DNA of 64,000 nucleotides, taken from the NCBI GenBank assembly GCA_963832165.1, contig CAWHTE010000003.1, positions 32,001 through 96,000 of the forward strand, written 5' to 3'. How positions within the stretch are numbered: position 1 is the first letter of the stretch; each line of letters starts with the position of its first letter. Below the pieces are notes generated by a model. It was not told where the DNA came from. It ran no database searches and worked only from the letters and a program-made list of their open reading frames with translations. Made by a program: the position numbers and the translations under genes. Positions 61,160 to 64,000 of this stretch are shown here, in pieces. The DNA comes from an uncultured delta proteobacterium (GTDB lineage Bacteria > Myxococcota_A > UBA9160 > SMWR01).

Positions 61160-62172
61160 CGCGCGGCGCGCGCACGGCGGTCGCGTTCGCGGCGGCGTGC
61201 GCGCTGCTCGTGCTGGCCGATCAGGCGCTGCCGCGCGTGCTCAACAGCTACTACCTGACGATCCTCGTGCGCATCCTGGTTGCGGTGCTGGCCGCCGTGA
61301 GCCTGCAGCTCGTGAACGGCTTCACGGGACAGTTCTCGATCGGCCACGCGGGCTTCATGGCGGTGGGCGCCTACACGAGTGCCGCGCTCTCCGTCTACGC
61401 GAGCGCACCGCTCCTGGCGGACCTGCAAGCGTGGTTCCCGGTCTCCGTGGCGCACGCCATCTACTACCCGATCCCGCTCGTGATGGGCGGTCTCGCCGCT
61501 TCGCTCGCGGGTCTGCTCGTCGGGATCCCGGCGCTGCGGCTGCGCGGCGACTACCTCGCCATCGCCACGCTCGGATTCGGCGAGATCATCCGGATCGCGA
61601 TCCTGAACATCGACGCGGTTGGCGGCGCGCGCGGGTTCGCACTCACGGCCCAGGCCGGCGTCGACCTGCGATACGAGAGCCTGGGCGCGGTGGGCGCGGT
61701 GGTGGCGATCTCGGTCGCGTTGATCGCGCGGCTCGTGTACTCGGCAGGCGGGCTCGCGTTTCGCGCCGTGCGCGAGGACGAGATCGCGGCCGAGGCGATG
61801 GGCATCGCCACCACGCGCGTGAAGGTCGAGGCGTTCGCGGTGGCGAGCTTCTTCGCGGGCGTGGCCGGCGCGCTGTTCGCGCACGCCGAGGGCTATGTCC
61901 ACACGAACAGCTTCTCGTTCGTGCGCTCCTTCGAGATCATGGCGTTCGTGGTGCTCGGCGGGCTCGGCTCGCTCACGGGCGCCGCGCTCGCGGCCGCCGT
62001 GCTCACGGCGGCCCCGGAGCTTCTGCGCGGGCTCGGCGAGTGGCGCATGGTGCTCTACTCGCTCCTGATCATCGGGACCATGCTCGTGCGGCCGCAGGGC
62101 CTGCTCGGATCGCGCGAGCTCTCGCTCGCCTTCCTGTCGCGCCGCGTACCACCGCGCGCAGCGGGGCCGTGA
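61156..62172 (+). CDS. livM: Branched-chain amino acid ABC permease
   Basis: GFTGQFSIGHAGF; LRLRGDYLAIATLGFGEI; AVREDEIAA. Confidence 0.93.
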   Translation: MTRGARTAVAFAAACALLVLADQALPRVLNSYYLTILVRILVAVLAAVSLQLVNGFTGQFSIGHAGFMAVGAYTSAALSVYASAPLLADLQAWFPVSVAHAIYYPIPLVMGGLAASLAGLLVGIPALRLRGDYLAIATLGFGEIIRIAILNIDAVGGARGFALTAQAGVDLRYESLGAVGAVVAISVALIARLVYSAGGLAFRAVREDEIAAEAMGIATTRVKVEAFAVASFFAGVAGALFAHAEGYVHTNSFSFVRSFEIMAFVVLGGLGSLTGAALAAAVLTAAPELLRGLGEWRMVLYSLLIIGTMLVRPQGLLGSRELSLAFLSRRVPPRAAGP

Positions 62173-62948
62173 TGGCGCTGCTCGAGCTCTCCGACATCAC
62201 GGTTCGCTTCGGGGGCGTCGTCGCGATCTCGAAGCTCGACCTGCGCGTGGATGCGGGGCAGCTCGTCGCGATGATCGGGCCCAACGGCGCGGGCAAGACC
62301 ACCGCGTTCAACGTGATCACGGGCGCGTGCGCGCCGACCGAGGGGCACGTGCGCTTCGACGGCGCGCAGATCGACGGCCGGCCCGCGCACCAGGTGTGCC
62401 GGCGCGGCATCGCGCGCACGTTCCAGAACATCCGCCTGTTCCGCACGCTCACGGTGCTCGAGAACGCGCTCGCGGCGCTGGTCGGCGCGCAGCGCTCGGG
62501 GCGCGCCGACGTGCTGCGCGGCGGCGACTGGTACCAGCGCGAAGCCGCCAACGAGGAGCAGGCGAGGGCGCTCCTGGAGAGAATGGGTCTCGGGCGTTTC
62601 GCCGACGCGCGCGCCGATTCGCTCCCGTACGGCGAGCAGCGCCGGCTCGAGATCGCGCGCGCTCTCGCGACGCGGCCGCGCCTGCTGCTGCTCGACGAGC
62701 CGGCCGCGGGCATGAATCCCTCGGAGAAGGAGGCGCTGCGCGAGCTGATCGTGCAGCTGCACCGGGACTTCGAGCTCACGATCGTGCTGATCGATCACGA
62801 CATCCCGTTCGTGATGAACCTGTGCGAGCGCGTGTCCGTGCTCGATCACGGCGAGAAGATCGCCGAGGGCGCACCCGACGTGGTGCGCCGCGATCCGCGG
62901 GTCATCGAAGCGTACCTGGGCACGGACGATGCCGCGGAGCACGCGTGA
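62172..62948 (+). CDS. livG: Branched-chain amino acid ABC ATP-binding protein
   Basis: GPNGAGKTT, RTFQNIRLF, LPYGEQRRLEIARAL, VIEAYLG. Confidence 0.93.
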   Translation: MALLELSDITVRFGGVVAISKLDLRVDAGQLVAMIGPNGAGKTTAFNVITGACAPTEGHVRFDGAQIDGRPAHQVCRRGIARTFQNIRLFRTLTVLENALAALVGAQRSGRADVLRGGDWYQREAANEEQARALLERMGLGRFADARADSLPYGEQRRLEIARALATRPRLLLLDEPAAGMNPSEKEALRELIVQLHRDFELTIVLIDHDIPFVMNLCERVSVLDHGEKIAEGAPDVVRRDPRVIEAYLGTDDAAEHA

Positions 62949-63670
62949 GCGGAACGAACACTCCGCTCTTGCGCGTCGAATCGCTGTCGGTCGCCTACGG
63001 CGCGATCCTCGCGCTGCGCGGCGTCGACTTCGAGGTGGCGCCCGGCGAGATCGCCACGCTGATCGGCTCGAACGGCGCGGGCAAGTCGACGCTCTTGCGC
63101 GCCGTGAGCGGACTGCTGCGGCCGCGCTCGGGCCGGATCTGGTTCGACGGAGTGGACATCACCGCGGAGCGCGCGGACCGCCGCGTCGCGCGCGGGATCT
63201 CGCAGGTGCCCGAGGGCCGCCGGATCTTCGCCAACCTGACCGTGCGCGAGAACCTGCAGATGGGCGCCTACCTGCGCGATGCGCGCGACTCGAGCGCCTA
63301 CGAGCGCGCGCTGACGCTGTTCCCGCGCCTGCGCGAGCGGCTCGGCCAGAGCGCGGGAACGCTCTCGGGCGGCGAGCAGCAGATGCTCGCGATCGGCCGC
63401 GCGCTGATGGCCCAGCCGCGACTGCTGCTGCTCGACGAGCCCTCGCTCGGCCTCGCGCCGCTGCTCGTGCAACAGATCTTCGCGATCATCCGCGAGATCA
63501 ACGCGCAGGGAACGACCGTGGTGCTCGTGGAGCAGAACGCGCGCCAGGCGCTGCGCGTCGCACAGCGGGCCTACGTGCTCGAGACGGGCGCGGTCACGCT
63601 CTCGGGTTCCGCGCCCGAGCTCGCGCAGGACGAGCGCGTGCGCCGCGCCTATCTCGGCGGAGCGGGCTGA
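62945..63670 (+). CDS. livF: Branched-chain amino acid ABC ATP-binding protein
   Basis: GSNGAGKS, VPEGRRIF, LSGGEQQMLAIGRAL, LDEPSLGLAP. Confidence 0.93.
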   Translation: MSGTNTPLLRVESLSVAYGAILALRGVDFEVAPGEIATLIGSNGAGKSTLLRAVSGLLRPRSGRIWFDGVDITAERADRRVARGISQVPEGRRIFANLTVRENLQMGAYLRDARDSSAYERALTLFPRLRERLGQSAGTLSGGEQQMLAIGRALMAQPRLLLLDEPSLGLAPLLVQQIFAIIREINAQGTTVVLVEQNARQALRVAQRAYVLETGAVTLSGSAPELAQDERVRRAYLGGAG

Positions 63671-63671
63671 C

Positions 63672-64000
63672 TCATCTGACTCCCCAGCCGCGGAGTCGAT
63701 CTTCGAGGGAAGCCCTCTCAGCGGTGAGATCGAATGATTCGGGCTCGATCGCGTCGGGAAGCCCTTCTTCGCTCCGCACGAACATGGTCAGCACGAAATT
63801 CCTGCGCTTGTCCCCCCGCGCAGCGCGCGGGACGTAGCTGATCGCCATCAGAGTTTCGGGAGCGATCTTCCAGACGGCCATGAAGTACTCAGCACTCGGG
63901 TTCTGCCACTGAGCCGACATCGAAAGGGGTTTGCCCCAGGTCTCCGCGGCGGCTCGGAGCTTCCGCTCGATCGCCGCATCGAGCACCTCGGGAGGGTACG
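63672..64000 (-). CDS. Hypothetical protein (3' part; runs off the right edge)
   Basis: Open frame convergent with livF, lower GC, no recognisable motif. Confidence 0.45.
   Translation of the reverse strand, partial: YPPEVLDAAIERKLRAAAETWGKPLSMSAQWQNPSAEYFMAVWKIAPETLMAISYVPRAARGDKRRNFVLTMFVRSEEGLPDAIEPESFDLTAERASLEDRLRGWGVR

Overview
A high-GC, gene-dense bacterial chromosome segment. The PEP-CTERM protein, TPR/Ser-Thr kinase, myxobacterial-type HUH transposase and HNH gene, and the SDR/amidohydrolase/sulfotransferase/LLM catabolic genes suggest a Myxococcota-like lineage (inference). Contents from left to right: (i) a minus-strand operon of a YtkA/FixH-like lipoprotein, two di-haem MauG/CCP-family proteins and a ~1,780-aa surface protein fusing a galactose-oxidase-type copper radical oxidase to a YVTN propeller, a di-haem cytochrome c domain and PEP-CTERM, followed by a GT-C/YfhO-like membrane protein; (ii) degP, a RAYT/Y1 transposase, an APH(6)-like kinase and ftsH; (iii) a MacAB-like ABC exporter; (iv) a short HNH element bounded by palindromic direct repeats and interrupted by an IS481 whose transposase reads through into the HNH domain; (v) lipid/aromatic catabolic genes under a TetR; (vi) the most striking locus, a bacterial Elp3 head-to-head with a Trm9/ALKBH8-like methyltransferase and a SpoU methyltransferase, a candidate eukaryote-like wobble-U34 mcm5U pathway; (vii) a B12 radical SAM/YjbQ/CadC-like triad, a second ABC exporter with a duplicated permease, pntAB-pntB without pntAA, and a liv-type ABC importer. 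About seven frameshifts and one in-frame amber codon point to uncorrected long-read errors. No rRNA, tRNA or CRISPR array was seen. All family assignments come from motif recognition, not database searches.
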